Shown piece by piece: positions 30,593-34,532 of a stretch of DNA of 34,532 nucleotides. The stretch covers positions 1-34,532 of the forward strand of contig LVLI01000422.1 of NCBI GenBank assembly GCA_001687465.1. The letters run 5' to 3'. A program made the translations under genes and the position numbers. The number at the start of each line of letters is the position of its first letter. The first letter of the stretch is position 1. The DNA is from Halocafeteria seosinensis (Eukaryota). A model generated the notes under the pieces. That model was given only the letters and a program-made list of their open reading frames with translations, did not search any database and was not told the DNA's origin.

Positions 30593-31495
30593 TTACTCAG
30601 CAGCTTTTTTCCCGAGGCCAAGGGATTCAATTCCTTCCTTGACATGTCTCCAGAAGGTCTCTGGTTGCTCAATCCAAGTAAAATGGCCTGCCTTGTTGAC
30701 TGAAAGCCATTTGCTCTTCGGCAATGCCAAATGCATATCCACAGAAGCATTGTGGGTTGTCATGACATCTTGCACCCCAGAGATGATAAGAGCTGGTACC
30801 GTGATGGCTGCGGCAGCGGACTTCAAATCAGTGTGCATCGTCTTGTTTGTGAATGCCCAGTTGACAACATCTAGTGAGACTTTAGACATGTGCAGGTACT
30901 TCTCTCTGTCCGGGCAGTCATAGAAGTAAAACCCAAACGCCTTACTGAGAATTGTTGCAAACTCTTCCTCGCTTTCGAACGGCTCTTTCCGAGACATCAT
31001 TCCAAGAAGCTGTTCTTTTGCCTCCTCAAACCACGGTTGACTCTTGAACAAGTCCATCGCTTCGTGAATGGAAGCAACAGTGTTGTCGTTGAATCCCAGA
31101 AATGAAGAAATTATGAGAAGCCCATTCACTCGCTTGGGATAGCGGTGAGCAGTTTCCAGGCTAATTACTCCACCACCAGAGTGTCCTCCCATGATTGCAC
31201 TATCCAGATTCAAGTGGTCCATCAGAGCGTTGATATCGTTGGCATAGTCCGTGATTGTGTAAGAGACAGGCTGCGGACTAGTACTGCGGCCAGTACCTCG
31301 GGTCTCGACCCACACGATGGTGAAGAATTCCTCCAGTTTCCGCAATCCGGTCTGATGGTACAAACCGAGATCTAAGCCTTGTCCCTGGCTGACAAAAATG
31401 CATACAGGTCCTTCTCCTGCAATCTCATACCAGAGTTGGGCGCCGGTGGAGAGCTCCGCATAGCCTTCTCCCTTGGGCAAGTCAGATGGTGCCAT
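30593..31495 (-). CDS. Alpha/beta hydrolase (proline iminopeptidase-like), intronless
   Basis: LWYEIAGEG, TRGTGRS, GHSGGG, SGVQD, AGHFTWIEQPE. Confidence 0.9.
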   Translation of the reverse strand: MAPSDLPKGEGYAELSTGAQLWYEIAGEGPVCIFVSQGQGLDLGLYHQTGLRKLEEFFTIVWVETRGTGRSTSPQPVSYTITDYANDINALMDHLNLDSAIMGGHSGGGVISLETAHRYPKRVNGLLIISSFLGFNDNTVASIHEAMDLFKSQPWFEEAKEQLLGMMSRKEPFESEEEFATILSKAFGFYFYDCPDREKYLHMSKVSLDVVNWAFTNKTMHTDLKSAAAAITVPALIISGVQDVMTTHNASVDMHLALPKSKWLSVNKAGHFTWIEQPETFWRHVKEGIESLGLGKKAAE

Positions 31496-33659
31496 GTTTT
31501 CCACAAAGTATTAGACTGTGCGAGAAACAGATAGGAGTCTGAGCAATCTTTCATGGTCAGTTAAGGAATAACGTGTAATAGAATGAACTTGCAATATATG
31601 TATGCTTTCATCCCTGTGTGGCGTCCTCGTCCCCGCTCAGCGCATCAGACGGGAAAGTTTCCTCAGACTGGAGCCCCCTCCTACTCACGTACCTGCTTTT
31701 TGAATCGTCGATGCGAAGGATGTAGAGACTCTTTATTGCCACTTATTAATGTTGCGCTTCCTTTCGTCAAACCTCAGAATTATCAATAAAGTATATGAAC
31801 TATGGTTTCGTTGCTAGGTCGGAATTTCGGAAACCATAGGTCGGGATGGTTGCGGTTGTTTGATGCTTCGGAACAAGATACTCCATACATGAAAGCCCCA
31901 CTACCATACATGGTATCACCTCTATAAGACGCTGAACGTAGTATAGAGCCATTGGTACTGAAATGATTGAACCTTCCGCCGTCTGCGGAGAGTGTTGATC
32001 GGAGAGAAACTGGGGTGGCGCTGTGCCATACATTGGAGCACCGCTGCCCGTCCCTCGTAGTCTTGGGCACCGCTCTGAGTCCTAGCGGGCGGAGGAGGGA
32101 GCCGGTCCCGGCTCCCCGAGAAAAATTTTCCCACAGACGAGATTCAGGCCGATGCTTCATGTGCAGTTGGGAGATTGATTTTTTGGGAGGAATAGGGACT
32201 ACTACTTGAAGCACCCCAGTGTTGTTCGCGAGACTAAGGAGTGCCTAGGACGCTCTAGGATTTCTTGCGGACGAGGGACTACTAGTACACCCGGGTGAAA
32301 TGCTCAAATTTGTTGAGACCAGGGACTCGTGCGGGCCTGTAGCTGCCAGACACGGGCGCCAGCTGCTACCTAAGTGCAGCGGCTAACATCCAGCTGCCGG
32401 TGGGCCATCAGTCACATCTTCGTCGTCGACTCGTGCACTGTTCAGACACAATTCTCAGGATCACTGGATGCTCCATTAGAGTCAAATGGAATGGAGACAA
32501 GAAGTTGATTCCTGATTTAAATGCCAAGGATCTGGACAACACGTGGATATTACTACGCTGCGGTGGTGTTTCGTATCGGTAGGCGCCATGCCATGGTATG
32601 TTGTTCATTGTCCAGACAGAGTGAGCCTTAATTATCCTAGCTGGACACAGCCTAAACTACCCGTATGTACGGTGGTGGAATAGCCTTTGTGCTATGCCGA
32701 GGATGGATAGGTACATCTTAAGGAGCGATAGCGCTCAAAACTACCACACACATATCATCGCGAAGCCAGCAAAGCAAGCCGGTATTACGGTATAGTGAAC
32801 TTGACGCTAACTGTGGTAGAAGGGCAAGTGGAACATGAGCTTTCTGGTTAGAAAAAGAAACCACTTGTGGGCAGTGCGCACCGAGCTACATTCATACACC
32901 TTATTTTGGACATGTCTAGCCTGTTCGCGTTCCCATTCCTACCAGTTAGTTTTATCGAACATACATCACTATACAGATATAGACTCTCCAATTTTATGCA
33001 TAAAGATTTCCACAAAGAGATTCGAGATCACAATATACAAACCAGCGCTTTTGTGTCCGCTATATGTACACTGGAAGAACTGCACATCAGGGCTGCAATG
33101 CGACTCCGTCACACTTAACTTCACAGAATCAACGACTTCAATGGCGGTCTGATTCTGTGTTATCTGATACCCTATTCGCTATGACGATCTCTCTTATAGT
33201 CCGTATGACATCTGGAACTACAAAAGCCATCAAGATTGACCTCGTCTGGCTATCAGGCCAGTAGCGAGAGAGGTAAGAGAGAGGCCTTTCCACATACTTG
33301 TACAAGTAGTAGGTAGTTGGAATTAACTACTTGTACATCGCTAACTACAGTAGTTAACTTGGCCCTGATTGGAGAAGTGGAACTGAATCATGAACTTGTT
33401 GACGGGAAAATCAAAGCTATCAGTGGAACCCGCGTTCTGTGCATCTTCGTCATTTCGGACTGGTAACAGTGCCTATGGACATGTTCCTAATCGAATGCCA
33501 GAATTCAACTGCAGTGTGTACGATTCATCCAAGTACGTGAAAGCTTTCGAGTCTTACTGGTACGTTTGGCTTTACCAATATCTCTACTGGTCTGCATTTC
33601 TCTTGGCGACGTAAGCAGTCTCCCACTGCTGGTTCTAGGTCATCGAGTTGAGCATAGGA

Positions 33660-34435
33660 AGATGGAATTCCCGAGCCAACCTCCCGGAATTCAATCTACT
33701 CCACAACACCTAGACACCAAACCATATGTTTCCACACCGTATCCGACCATATTATGATGTAATAATGTATTTGGATTCCAAATAACCATCCAAATAAGTC
33801 TGCAAAGAGTACTTTGGTAACGACACTGAATACACGGATGGGAAGTGGAGTTTCACTGGGTTACCAGCCAGCCTTCCGGAATTCAATCTACTCCACTACC
33901 TAGACACCGAACCATACGTTTACACACCGTATCCTACCATATTATGATGCAATAATGTATTTGGATTCCAAATACTTCATCCAAATAGGTCTGCAAAGAG
34001 TGCTTTGGTAACGATACTTAATACACGGATGCTAAGTGGAGTTCCACTGGGCTACAAGTTAGCCTCCGGGAATTCAATCTACTCCACTACCTAGACACCG
34101 AACCATACGTTTACACACCGTATCCTACCATATTATGATGCAATAATGTATTTGGATTCCAAATACTTCATCCAAATAGGTCTGCAAAGAGTGCTTTGGT
34201 AACGATATTTAATACACGGATGCTAAGTGGAGTTCCACTGGGCTACAAGTTAGCCTCCGGGGATTCAATCTACTCCACTACCTACACACCAAAGCATACG
34301 TTTCCACATTATATCCGACCATATTACGATGTAATAATGTATGTGGATTCCACATACACCATTTAAATAGGTCTGCAAAGAGTGCTTGGTAAACTATACT
34401 GAATACACGAATGCAAAGTGGGATTCCAGTGGGGT
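33660..34435. repeat. Tandem repeat, ~4 x 191 bp
   Basis: ATTCAATCTACTCCAC recurs at 33689, 33881, 34072 and 34263. Inner copies are nearly identical, outer copies diverged, and the frames I translated all contain stops. Confidence 0.93.
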
Positions 34436-34532
34436 ACTTCAGTGTACGTTTGGACCCGTCGCTACCCACACTGCAAATCTTAATATATGAGGTTACTCGG
34501 GCTAATATGGTAATAAATCCAATAGACTAGAG

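Noticed and set aside
31583..33620. Genes or retroelement in the short ORFs here
   Set aside because: Frames are broken by stops and have no RT, transposase or other recognisable motif. Possibly decayed sequence, but unsupported.

Overview
Eukaryotic (protist-like, short GT-AG introns, gene-dense) genomic window with two parts. (1) 1-13456 is the right arm of an integrated Polinton/virophage-class DNA virus; its left part, including any capsid and ATPase genes, lies outside the window. It carries a maturation cysteine protease whose motif pattern looks virophage-type (one frameshift), a GG-motif-rich putative core protein, a 1169-aa fibre with four LamG modules and a 53-aa basic ORF missed by the ORF track. 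It also carries a Polinton-type protein-primed PolB (TP, vOTU-like, EndoVII insertion), an rve integrase with chromodomain, a 64-bp tandem array, a tRNA-like putative Pol III RNA and a NUMOD4-HNH gene. The terminus (...GCTACT, 13456) interrupts a host LRR frame. (2) 13457-34532 is host sequence: LRR pseudogene, aminopeptidase B, intronless WGR-PARP and TatD, ABHD hydrolase, FYVE protein, TMEM205, aldo-keto reductase, ZIP9, an intronless alpha/beta hydrolase and a ~191-bp tandem repeat. The most interesting signals are the apparent virophage/Polinton hybrid gene set, the tRNA-like (VA-RNA-analogous) ncRNA beside the array, and shared AAAAATGA and TATA promoter-like motifs. All family calls come from motif recognition by eye; no searches were run.
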